Below, one piece after another: positions 1 to 11,621 of a DNA stretch of 64,000 nt. The number at the start of each line of letters is the position of its first letter. Within the stretch, counting starts at the first letter, position 1. The DNA is taken from assembly GCA_977862235.1 (NCBI GenBank), contig OZ374558.1:2480001-2544000 (forward strand), written 5' to 3'. The notes below the pieces were generated by a model that had not been told where the DNA came from, searched no databases, and saw nothing but the letters and a program-made list of their open reading frames with translations. The stretch comes from Dudresnaya verticillata. Taxonomy: Eukaryota. Position numbers and translations under genes: made by a program.

Positions 1-1551
1 GTTTACGACGCATTCTCTACGTCCTTCTGCCGCTCTCGTAAGGGTAACCGTATCGCATCCTCTCAGGCTGTACTTTGCGGGCGTTTGGCCGCCCGGTCCG
101 CTATTTCCGACAGCCTCAGGTACCTACCGCACTGTCAGTACCGCGTGCTGGTGGCAGTGAGAATACTATTTTCTTTCAGTCCAGAAACGTTTGCTACATT
201 CCGGCTGCTCCGCTATCTACAGATGGCTGCTGATTTCGTGCCATGGCCTTCCGAAACAGCCCTTCTGTTCAACACCTTCTCGGCTATTCGGGAGAGGTAG
301 AATAAGAAGGGGTCATTTCGCCTAGACGATGCGAATGTGCCAGCCTACCTCGGGCTTCACATGCCCTAAGTGTTGGGCAGGCGCATGTTGTAAAGCGGTG
401 GTTGTAGTTGTAGCACCGGGGAGCGTTTTGAGATTCTGGGGAGCGCATAAATGTGCAAAAACGAGCCCTTTTTGGGTGGCAACTTCCGACACGTGTAGTT
501 TTCCCTTAGATCGCCTCCAGTAGGGCACTCCTCGGCGGGGGGTGTTTCTGGTTATTTGATAAGTCAACTGCCTCGTTCTTTGGAGAGGAAGGTAATGTGG
601 CCCGTCTTTTGAGTAACCTGTAGATAACCATCACAAAACGAGAATATGGGCTTAAAACAAGCAGAAAATCAAAACAAACTTGACGTATGTTGGGTCAACG
701 TACTCCACACTCTCAAACTGTCGAAGCGACGCTCTAGTCACCCGAACCCGCCCCAACTCGCGCGATCTGCCCCAGCTCGCACGATTGACCTATGTCAAGC
801 GGGAGGCGGGATGAGCGCGTGGGCACCAGCAGCGCGGCGACAACCGCGGCAGCCATGGAGTCACCATCGTTGTGCGGGAAGCTTTTCGACAAGTGGCGTC
901 TACGCTGCCTCGCAGACTCGAGCATGCATAAATCAGGATGCATTGAAAGCGATGCGCACGAGGTGGGCAGTATCAAGACAGAACAGGCACTACAGACAGC
1001 TCAGTTGAGATCAAGTGGAGCGCGGTGCAATGTTGAAGCAGCTGGCCATAATCCATAAAGTGCAGGCCACACAGACCGTATGTTGGAGCAACACAATCAA
1101 GTAACAGCACGTGAAGAGCAGTTGTGCCATTGTAGCGGTAGTGTCTGCGAGGCACGGCAGAGCAGGAGTTCTTTCATAGCTGCTTTGCCAGGGCCGGCAC
1201 ATGCACAAACGGAGGGGAAGGATGGCGCTACTGCGGAAAAGTTCTCTGCGAGAGTGCGGAACCGGTACAGTACGCAAAGGGACAGAACTCTGGGATCCAT
1301 GGTGCTCAGATACATAGTGCGAAGCGCTGAGGATACATCGAAGAAGCGGAAGGGATCGGTGTGGCAGTGCGCGCGAGCGATCGCGTACAAGAGGCAACGA
1401 GCTCGCCGGGACGCCCGACAATTCTGGAAAAGCCGGATGCAAGCCAGCTGCGAGTCCGGTGGTGTAAGGGGATTCTAAGTTACTACGGGATTGCTTCAGT
1501 TCTTGCACACAGTGGCACATCAACGCTTTGAGTATCTGGTACCGGCGCCGT

Positions 1552-1791
1552 ACCGTCGTGTTCCCGTCATTGTCCCGTCATGGTACCGCCATGGTACCTT
1601 CGTCTTCCCGTCGTCTTCCCGCCGTCGTCCCGTCGTCTTCCCGCCGTCGTCCCGTCGTCGTCCCGTTGTCGTCCCGTCGTCGTCCCTTCGTCTTCCCGTC
1701 GTCTTCCCGCCGTCGTCCTGTCGTCGTCCCGTCGTCGTCCCGTCGTCGTCCCGTCGTCGTCCCGTCGTCGTCCCGTCGTCGTCCCGTCGTC
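1552..1791. repeat. 11-bp minisatellite (CCCGTCGTCGT)n
   Basis: Directly visible. The same array is at ~8799-8940, ~36625-37218 and ~56917-57110 with different lengths. Confidence 0.97.
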
Positions 1792-1859
1792 GCTCCGGTA
1801 AGTTTGCACAGGAAACGGAAGGCTCTACAGCGTGTTACAAGCATTCAAGGCGCAAATGG

Positions 1860-1952
1860 CGGCGCAGCTGAGGGAACAGCTGACGGCGCAGCTAATGGTG
1901 CAGCTGACGGCAGAGCTGACGACGCAGCTGACGACGCCAGCAGCTGACGGCG
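1860..1952. repeat. 12-bp tandem repeat with CAGCTG core (GCAGCTGACGGC-like)
   Basis: About 7-8 imperfect copies. Also present in the other unit copies. Confidence 0.85.
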
Positions 1953-4388
1953 CACCGTTAATCGGCATGTCCGACTACATTTCTACGTCCGCTGGCTGGT
2001 TGCATCGAGCGACTGTAACAGAACCTGCACAAACGGAACTGTCATCGCTTTGCGCATCACGATCAATGCGTACAGCTCTAATTGCACGCTTCGTCGAACT
2101 GTGAAGGCCGTGTTTACCATATGTGTATAATTGTTCAACGCAGATAAACGGAAGTAGAACGGATCCGTTTCCATTTTCTACTGCTGTTGGCGACCTAACA
2201 CGAGAAGCTTTGCTCGCAGCAACGCGTGCAACGCGAATGTGTTCATCCATGACGCTGACTGTCGCTGTGCCATGTTGCTACGGAAATGCCACCATTTTAG
2301 TCGCCGCGCACTGCGCCAGTCGTCGCCAGTCAATCGCGCCGCAATCACACTACCGTCAAAGCATAGAAAGCAGAGAAAGCATAGTACCGTTGCGAGCCGC
2401 CTGACCAGTGCTCTTCACAGCAAGCGCTATCGCAGCCCCTTCTCGTTACCGACGCCCCCGACGCGTACGAACAATGCGCAAATCCGTTGCTGGCATGACA
2501 CGTTAAGTGACAACCATATGTGAACACAGTCGCTACTGACTGTTACTGGTGCGGCGTTAATCAGTGGTGTCCACTCCACGTAGAAAACACAAATGCGCGT
2601 CGCGTCGCACCGGCTCCGAAGCCGCGATAGCTGCGTATACTCCAGCCGCCGTCTTTGATGAAGAAACGTTCATAGCAGTGCCCTGGACAGGCTCTGTTCA
2701 TCGGGTGTGTGTGTGTGGCTTGACGCCATTGTTACACAACAAGGTCAAAGAGAGTTTTGCGGACGCTGAACTCAGCGTCAAGGAGATGGCGTACAAATCG
2801 ATACTACAAGGTGAGACGACGAGCCGTGATGTTGGGGATGCACAGTCGGAGCGGTGCGAGAGGCAGTGCTGGTGGCAGACAATAGGCGGACTGAAGCTGA
2901 AATGGGATTCTGGGCGTCTCCTGAATTGGGGAGAAGGATGGGTTCGATTGGCTACCGTATTTCAGGATTGCAGAGCCAATCAACACCGGCCAACACCGTA
3001 CCGGCTGTTGTGCGAGCGCTTTTTGGACGGATTTCGGGCAGATAGAATTGATCCGCCGGCGGATTCTGGGAACTGCGCTGAGGGTGATGCCACCCCGAAG
3101 AGCATGTGTCCGCGCATGCATTACGCTCGCTGAGACCCCAGCAGCCGCTCCGCGCCGCCGCCCTGCCGGGTACGCAACGTGGATCACAAAACCAGTGGCC
3201 GCGCGCTAGTGCACGCCATGACGCAGCAGTTGGTCTAAGCGCTGCGCCGTCGATACTTCACCGGGATTGCGAGCAGACCGTTGGGACTGGTGAGGGGAGC
3301 TCCATGGGGAGCTCCATGGCCGAGGCAAAACGTGAAGTTCCATAAAACATGTGCTGTTCGTCGTTGGCGCCATTGCAACGGGGCGCGGCAAGATACTGAA
3401 GTCGGCGGTCGGCTGGAGGGGAAGCGGCGGCCTGGCGCAGAGACTGAGAGAGATGGGCCTTTATCGGATGTGGTCAAAATACTGTCGAGACAGATCCCGA
3501 GAACTTGCAAGCGCCCTGACGGTGGTCTGGGCGGTCCAAGCGAACGCCCTGCGAAGACTAGATTTTGAGTGCGATGAGTTGCGGAGATGTAGGACTGATT
3601 CCCTAAATATTTCGTGAAGCATGAACGGTGCTGATAATACGGGGCGGGACTGCGGCAGCAGGACTCTTCGTGTTCAGTGCTAGAAGACATGTTCTACTTG
3701 GGTATTGGAGAGAATGAATTTCAGTACTGGGTGTTGTTGTTGCGGGAGGGGAATTTCGATGAGATCATTAGGTGATGCTGCCTGCTCTATTCAGGTCTGG
3801 AGCTCAGAAGAATGGACGCAGATCTGGGAAAGGCTGACTAGGCGCGCATGGGTTGGCGGGTTTGGTGCGATGATCTGTTGGAGTCGGCAGCATTCAGGCG
3901 TGGGGCTTGTTTGACAGGGACGCAGTGGAGGGGCTATCGCAACACATGGGCTCTGTGGCCGGGCATGTCTACGGATTGGAAGGGTGCTCTATTTGGACGA
4001 GGCGATGGGAAGGCGCAATTATGAAAGCGTGCGAAGCTCTTCATGGCCATACCTGTTGATATTGAGTCGGCGTGGAAGAGCGCACGAGCTGGGGCATCTG
4101 AAGGACCGAGTTGTAGCAGACGGCTATTCGGGAGACGCAGAAAAAGAGGACATCTCGCCTAGACGATGCGGATGTTCCAGCCTACCTCGGGCTTCACATG
4201 TCCTAAGTGTTGGGAAGGCGCATGTTGTGAAGATCGGATTGGAGACATGCCAGTTGAACATGAACGAGAACTGGGTAGTTTCGAGGGTCATTCCAGGTGA
4301 GTCTCTTGCATTTGGGAGTGCTTCAGCTTTCGGTGTCATTTTCGCTGACAGGAATCTGAATTTGAGGTAGTGCAAAACCTTCTTGGGT

Positions 4389-4390
<2 letters not shown>

Positions 4391-4422
<32 letters not shown>
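4391..4422 (+). repeat. Poly-G tract (G32); G7AG10 in the copy at 39816-39833
   Basis: Directly visible. Followed by TGTGACG. Confidence 0.9.
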
Positions 4423-4423
<1 letters not shown>

Positions 4424-5577
4424 GTGACGTGAAAGGATTGTAGCCCCTTCAATCCCGGTGGGGGATATATCAATATATATCAGATATCACCTAGATATCT
4501 CGTTGCGGATTGATGCCGGAGTGTTTGCCCTGCCAGTCGAAAAACTGTGGAACTTGCGCGGCCGCGGTGGCGACTTGGTAAGATCACAGCACATTTACGG
4601 ATAGACCAGGTCATTCCGTTGCGTTGAGCCCAGTCTTGGCAAACTTGGAGGGCAGTACGGAGAGTATGGGCCGAGTTGACGTGTCAGATGCAGTCATCAG
4701 CGAATAGTCGCCCGGGTGTGGGGGAAGGCGGGGGCCAGCAGGCCTCATTCTCATCGCCGATTGGCCATGCGCAATTTGATCCCAGATATTTCGTACAGAG
4801 CGCGGAGCGACGCTGAGCGGCAATCGCACCTGCCACCTCCATCCTGGCCGTGATCCCTCCTCAGCCCACAAGTCCCTCTACCACCTTCGTCGACCTCATG
4901 TTCTCGTCCGAGTCGCGCCAGCGCCCACCACGGCCGTGATCTACACGGTAGCCTCGTGGCCTCTCTTCGCCGCGCGCAGCCTTCTCAATTTCTGGACCGC
5001 GTGATTCCCTGCCTGTGCTCTGGTGAAAACTTTCTTAACGTCTCCTCGCTGTCTACACCACTGGCCCAACCGCCTTCTCGCTGCGTGGACCTCTATCTCC
5101 CGATCTACATCCTTACTTCCTCAATCCTTCGAGCTTTTCAGACGGCGACAAAAAGAGCACGTGCTCTTGAATCGTGCGATAAGCACTAGTAGTAGTACAC
5201 TTTATTCAAAGAAGAAAGCTGGAGTCCCTTTGGGGGCTTAATTTCTGGCATAACGTGCTCTGCAGTCAGCGAGCCTGCGGAGATTGACCGCGACCGCTAC
5301 GTATTGAAGAACAACAGTGGTCAACAGAGCGTGTTCATCTCCTTTATGCAACGTAAACGCAAAGGCACTTTATCAACTAAGATGCTATCGGTGATTCACT
5401 CACAACATACAACGACAGTGGGAAGAAATTCTATCGCTTCGTAAACTTTAAAGTCCAGAACGTATGGCGGGCATTCGGAACAGGAATGATAAGTAAAGGA
5501 TTCCTGACGAGGACGCTGCGTCTCTCCGTTATCAACAATCTGCACCTGCGCCACGAAACACAATACACCGCCAGCTA

Positions 5578-6816
5578 CTAGCCCGCATTGTTATTAATCG
5601 CTGCGGTCCCGGGGGCTCTTTTGTCGGCTGGTCCGTTATAGGGTTTGTATCTGTGTTTCCTATGGTGATGCTTCTTCAATACAGAAGCCCTGGTGGTGAC
5701 CAATGAACAGCATGGGCAACCAAACCTGCGATGCTTCTTGTGGATGCTTTCAAAATGGCGCTTCATATCACCCCTGGTTCCGAATGTAGCCCTGCACGGA
5801 ATGTAGGCACACGGGAAACGCTTGGTGTGTTCGTCTCTCTGGATAGATTCGGGTATACGAAAAAGGTCCTCCGCGTTTTCCGTGGCGGTGAGATCACGGG
5901 AATCGTTTGATTTGGGACGAGAATGCAACTCATATTGGCCCAGGTCCGTCATGGGAGCCTTCGGATCTTCAGGGCTACTGATCTGACTAGAACGAGAGTC
6001 AGATGTGCTCAAGTTCTTCTCTCGTATCTTCTCCATTGGAGTTTCGGATGGCGCAACGAAGGGGCATCTTGATGAACCGGGCTCGTGTGGGATATTGAAT
6101 AGCGGGTTTGGCTTCCAGGTCCTGTTGTCAAAGGAACCCTCGCTTCGGCATTTGACGAGTGTTGAAAGCTTGGCAATACTGTACGGTTCCGGCTCCATAG
6201 TAGGAAGTTGTAGCATATGCGAGCCCAATGCACTCCGTTGCGTATGTGCATGTCTCTGCAACGTCGAAATCGGGACAGTGTCGAAGTTGCCATGCACCCA
6301 CCCCACCGGACACGTCTGACGGTGCAAAAAGGGCAGCAAATGGCTTTCACCATTGCCGCAGATATGTGGCTTCGGGCCTGTCGGTTGCATACGGCACAAG
6401 GTTGATCTCTTTCCGCCGATTGATGGAATCATCACTCCAGGTGACGGAGAATGTGGTGAAATCGGGTGTGATGCAGCAATAGTTCGCCGTTCCACTTGAT
6501 TCGGAGTGAAGGGCGATACAATAGACGTGTGAGGTGCGGAAATTGGACGAAGTATCGGCATTCCCTGAAACAGGAGCGGTGCTGCCTGTTCCATGGGGTT
6601 GATATTACTCTGCCCAGATCCTAGCGGTGAGTAATTAAAGACAGAAGGCACAACAGTCTGGAGCGGAGCCGGGTGATATGACCCAACAGAAACGAGAGCC
6701 GAGTAGGACGGTAGCCGAGCCACTGAAAGACCTTGTCGAATGGAGAGTGGCGTGGGATCCGGGGGTGCGCCGTACGCCCAGTCTATCTGAGAATTGAGTT
6801 GTGTCTGCGGGTGCAT
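5578..6816 (-). CDS. C2H2 zinc-finger protein, 412 aa, two C-terminal fingers (putative transcription factor)
   Basis: FPCAYIPCRATFGTRGDMKRHFESIH (C-x4-C-x12-H-x4-H) and FGCPCCSLVTTRASVLKKHHHRKH (C-x2-C-x12-H-x4-H). Pro/Ser-rich N-terminus, ATG start, no intron needed. Confidence 0.88.
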   Translation of the reverse strand: MHPQTQLNSQIDWAYGAPPDPTPLSIRQGLSVARLPSYSALVSVGSYHPAPLQTVVPSVFNYSPLGSGQSNINPMEQAAPLLFQGMPILRPISAPHTSIVSPFTPNQVERRTIAASHPISPHSPSPGVMIPSIGGKRSTLCRMQPTGPKPHICGNGESHLLPFLHRQTCPVGWVHGNFDTVPISTLQRHAHTQRSALGSHMLQLPTMEPEPYSIAKLSTLVKCRSEGSFDNRTWKPNPLFNIPHEPGSSRCPFVAPSETPMEKIREKNLSTSDSRSSQISSPEDPKAPMTDLGQYELHSRPKSNDSRDLTATENAEDLFRIPESIQRDEHTKRFPCAYIPCRATFGTRGDMKRHFESIHKKHRRFGCPCCSLVTTRASVLKKHHHRKHRYKPYNGPADKRAPGTAAINNNAG

Positions 6817-8798
6817 CGCGGGCCCTTATGCAGTCCTGAGAACAATCTGTGGGAGTCCCCGGGAGCAGTTGCACTTGAATGCGGAAGTATGTACGAAACG
6901 CTTAGCTGTGATGGCCTCTCAATTCCGTCGTAGACGAGGTTGAACGAAGCTTGCTCTGCGAAACAAATATGTACCGGTGATCCCAATAAGGCACCGCCTG
7001 GTTGTGATGCGGCAGCATCAGAGATCGCGCCACCGTCAAGAGCGGGTGTCGTCGGTGGGCCGAGTTTCCCCTCTTCCACGCGAATGGATAGTCTGGCCCG
7101 TACGCATGTGACAAGTGGAATCGGCCAGCCAATGACATTGCTTCGTGCTTTACGCCCAATATCATTCTGTAATTGGCATAAAGGACCGTTGTGGGCGGAG
7201 AGTGAGAGAGGTTACTCCGCCCGGAAGCGGAGGTGAATCTGCTTCGTGTTTACGACGCATTCTCTACGTCCTTCTGCCGCTCTCGTAAGGGTAACCGTAT
7301 CGCATCCTCTCAGGCTGTACTTTGCGGGCGTTTGGCCGCCCGGTCCGCTATTTCCGACAGCCTCAGGTACCTACCGCACTGTCAGTACCGCGTGCTGGTG
7401 GCAGTGAGAATACTATTTTCTTTCAGTCCAGAAACGTTTGCTACATTCCGGCTGCTCCGCTATCTACAGATGGCTGCTGATTTCGTGCCATGGCCTTCCG
7501 AAACAGCCCTTCTGTTCAACACCTTCTCGGCTATTCGGGAGAGGTAGAATAAGAAGGGGTCATTTCGCCTAGACGATGCGAATGTGCCAGCCTACCTCGG
7601 GCTTCACATGCCCTAAGTGTTGGGCAGGCGCATGTTGTAAAGCGGTGGTTGTAGTTGTAGCACCGGGGAGCGTTTTGAGATTCTGGGGAGCGCATAAATG
7701 TGCAAAAACGAGCCCTTTTTGGGTGGCAACTTCCGACACGTGTAGTTTTCCCTTAGATCGCCTCCAGTAGGGCACTCCTCGGCGGGGGGTGTTTCTGGTT
7801 ATTTGATAAGTCAACTGCCTCGTTCTTTGGAGAGGAAGGTAATGTGGCCCGTCTTTTGAGTAACCTGTAGATAACCATCACAAAACGAGAATATGGGCTT
7901 AAAACAAGCAGAAAATCAAAACAAACTTGACGTATGTTGGGTCAACGTACTCCACACTCTCAAACTGTCGAAGCGACGCTCTAGTCACCCGAACCCGCCC
8001 CAACTCGCGCGATCTGCCCCAGCTCGCACGATTGACCTATGTCAAGCGGGAGGCGGGATGAGCGCGTGGGCACCAGCAGCGCGGCGACAACCGCGGCAGC
8101 CATGGAGTCACCATCGTTGTGCGGGAAGCTTTTCGACAAGTGGCGTCTACGCTGCCTCGCAGACTCGAGCATGCATAAATCAGGATGCATTGAAAGCGAT
8201 GCGCACGAGGTGGGCAGTATCAAGACAGAACAGGCACTACAGACAGCTCAGTTGAGATCAAGTGGAGCGCGGTGCAATGTTGAAGCAGCTGGCCATAATC
8301 CATAAAGTGCAGGCCACACAGACCGTATGTTGGAGCAACACAATCAAGTAACAGCACGTGAAGAGCAGTTGTGCCATTGTAGCGGTAGTGTCTGCGAGGC
8401 ACGGCAGAGCAGGAGTTCTTTCATAGCTGCTTTGCCAGGGCCGGCACATGCACAAACGGAGGGGAAGGATGGCGCTACTGCGGAAAAGTTCTCTGCGAGA
8501 GTGCGGAACCGGTACAGTACGCAAAGGGACAGAACTCTGGGATCCATGGTGCTCAGATACATAGTGCGAAGCGCTGAGGATACATCGAAGAAGCGGAAGG
8601 GATCGGTGTGGCAGTGCGCGCGAGCGATCGCGTACAAGAGGCAACGAGCTCGCCGGGACGCCCGACAATTCTGGAAAAGCCGGATGCAAGCCAGCTGCGA
8701 GTCCGGTGGTGTAAGGGGATTCTAAGTTACTACGGGATTGCTTCAGTTCTTGCACACAGTGGCACATCAACGCTTTGAGTATCTGGTACCGGCGCCGT

Positions 8799-8940
8799 AC
8801 CGTCGTGTTCCCGTCATTGTCCCGTCATGGTACCGCCATGGTACCTTCGTCTTCCCGTCGTCTTCCCGCCGTCGTCCCGTCGTCTTCCCGCCGTCGTCCC
8901 GTCGTCGTCCCGTCGTCGTCCCGTCGTCGTCCCGTCGTCG
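8799..8940. repeat. 11-bp minisatellite, short allele
   Basis: 99 bp (9 units) shorter than the first copy: offset changes from 7247 to 7148. Confidence 0.95.
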
Positions 8941-9750
8941 CTCCGGTAAGTTTGCACAGGAAACGGAAGGCTCTACAGCGTGTTACAAGCATTCAAGGCG
9001 CAAATGGCGGCGCAGCTGATGGAACAGCTGACGGCGCATCTAATGGTGCAGCTGATGGCAGAGCTGACGACGCAGCTGACGACGCCAGCAGCTGACGGCG
9101 CACCGTTAATCGGCATGTCCGACTACATTTCTACTTCCGCTGGCTGGTTGCATCGAGCGACTGTAACAGAACCTGCACAAACGGAACTGTCATCGCTTTG
9201 CGCATCACGATCAATGCGTACAGCTCTAATTGCACGCTTCGTCGAACTGTGAAGGCCGTGTTTACCATATGTGTATAATTGTTCAACGCAGATAAACGGA
9301 AGTAGAACGGATCCGTTTCCATTTTCTACTGCTGTTGGCGACCTAACACGAGAAGCTTTGCTCGCAGCAACGCGTGCAACGCGAATGTGTTCATCCATGA
9401 CGCTGACTGTCGCTGTGCCATGTTGCTACGGAAATGCCACCGTTTTAGTCGCCGCGCACTGCGCCAGTCGTCGCCAGTCAATCGCGCCGCAATCACACTA
9501 CCGTCAAAGCATAGAAAGCAGAGAAAGCATAGTACCGTTGCGAGCCGCCTGACCCTGAAACAGGAGCGAAAGGGTGCTTTGCGAGAGTATGACCATCGAA
9601 GCTGATTTTCAGTTGCCATGGGTGCTGAGTTATGTTCCGACCTTGTTAAGACTTAAGCATCAAAAAGAGAAGGAATCGATGAAAGCATCCCTCCTTTCAA
9701 GTAACCACCGGTCAAGGATAGATGAATAAATAAACGTTGTCACCTCGTAG

Positions 9751-11232
9751 CTAGCACCATGAATTTCCGATGTAGCAGATTGTAGATCTTTTTTTGTAAT
9801 ACTGTAGAGTTTGCGAGTCACAGCGGTATAATTGTGCGATCGCCTCGAGGGTGCGATGAAACTCGGAACCTAAGCCGCCATGAATGTCGCAACCAAGAGG
9901 CCGAAGCGTGATATGAGCAGTTCTGCAAGCTTTTCGGTACTTCTTTTTTTTGCCACGTTCAGCGGATGCTGCAGCGCCTATCGCATTTGTCGCTAAGGCA
10001 GAGGTGTAGGTTGGGTTAGATGGACTAACTATAGTCACTTCGTAACCCAGGGCAGAAAGGAGCATTTGTCCAAGACGAGGCCGAGTCTTCGGGTATCATC
10101 GTGACCGGTGAAGGACTGCTCGTGGAATACCGGGAGGGCAATAGTCTCGTAGGATAAAGCCGAGAACGGCTGGTCACGGACTGAATTATGGCGACGCGAA
10201 GAGCCATGAGCGCAAGCGTAACAGGTAGAATCATTGTACCCGAATTGCCTAGCGGAACAGAGCGACCTGCGCTTGCCATAATGGCACCACAATTGGTGAT
10301 ACCAGGAAAAATAGAGCTCCGCAGTCGAAGATCTACTGCACCACAGCAATCCTAGTATCCGTTGAGATACGGGCACCAAAATCTCGGACCCATGAGCATA
10401 GAAAAGACTTGACGGGACTCCAGGGTGATGGTAAACTTTTACTGGTTGTTTAAGGTGGTCTCACGCTGGCGATTAAGGCCCATTAGCGAGAGCACCGGCA
10501 CTAAGTGCCAGGTTGGACATGGGGGAAGGGCGGCATGAAGGGGGGAGGTTAGGAGAGGACGGGGCGAGTGGGTCACATAAGGGCCGAGGGGGGCGGATAC
10601 TCTGCAGTGCAGAGTTCCCGAATGGAAGCGATGGTAGTAGTGATTGTAGCGAGGTCGTGTGGTGTGGGGTCCCGCAGCGCCAACTTGTAGAGTCCGTGGG
10701 TGCGGGTGCTGCAAGAAAGTAAACGGACTTTCCCCAGTTGTTCCACACGAGAGGTGCATGGGGGCATGTGTGAACCTCGTTCTGTTCAACGGGGAATGTG
10801 GGCTAGATTCAGAAGGAGAACGCTTACCAGCGTATTGTAAACACCGGTACTCATTCTTTGGGGTCAGCAGCTCTGGAGCATCCAGAATGGACCTAGTCTG
10901 TTTCGGAAGGAACGCCATATATGTGTTTGTGAAGGGGTTTCCTGTTTCCGGGTCCGATTCTTTCCAAGTCGCAAATAGAAATGGACATGAAAGCGTTTTC
11001 AATCCAACGGGTGCAGCAATTTGTTCTGGAATCTTCCAATGTAATAGAAAGTATGAATTGCAACGTCCAAATACTTTCTGTCTAAAATGGGATATGGAGA
11101 GACAACGATGAGCCCCTTTATTGAGAAGCAGCGGGGCTGGAGTAGCCCAGCTAGTAAAGGTCGTATTGCTCCTCCTCCTCCTAATTTGGCAATATCCCTG
11201 TTTTCAGGACAAAACTTATGACTTTGAGTCAA
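9751..11232 (-). mobile_element. Decayed, 5'-truncated non-LTR retrotransposon with restriction-like endonuclease (CRE/R2-type)
   Basis: Frameshifted pieces: KLGGGG (GGLG-like), CAHG..RRHNSVRD, YEVTIVSP, AAASAERGKKKKY, LRPLGCDIHGGLG. This is the usual motif order of the RLE C-terminus. Ends approximate. Confidence 0.8.
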
Positions 11233-11621
11233 GGTATCATCCCAATACTCACCACTGCTTGTTCCTTCCTGTTTGGTTTTAATCGTGGCAGTATCGTTCT
11301 TCAGCTACCTTTGGTACTTTGTTTATTTCGGCACCGTCACTTTGCATGCAAAGAGTGACGATATTTGTTTGGCAACAGTTGCGAAGTGCTATCAACAATA
11401 TTCTATTACAACATAGATGCGAAGCGCATGTTCCGGGTGTAACAATGTTCCGGTTGTAACAGCGTTCCGGGTGTAACAGGCTTCCCAATATGCGTGGTGG
11501 AATACACAAACAAAGCTATGACAGGCAAACAGATGCAAGACTCAAGTAAGGTCTGGGCTTTTGATGGTTTTACAACATGTATGTGGAGAGCAAGCTCGCG
11601 AGCCGCGGCATGGGCACATGC

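Larger units (their letters stand above)
1..9554. repeat. Block A of the C2H2-gene amplicon: one full 7247-bp unit plus a partial tandem copy
   Basis: Sequence at 1 recurs at 7248 (ORFs 322/7569 and 646/7893 are offset by 7247). Identity ends after CGAGCCGCCTGACC at 9554. Confidence 0.97.

Noticed and set aside
646..4375. Short ORFs as MULE, SWIM or piggyBac transposase
   Set aside because: Only isolated Cys/His patterns and no catalytic motif I can support. Their conservation between copies just reflects recent duplication.
1..7247. The whole unit as a Helitron or other transposon concatemer
   Set aside because: No transposase or RepHel, no CTAG/TC head-to-tail junction, and each block has different ends.
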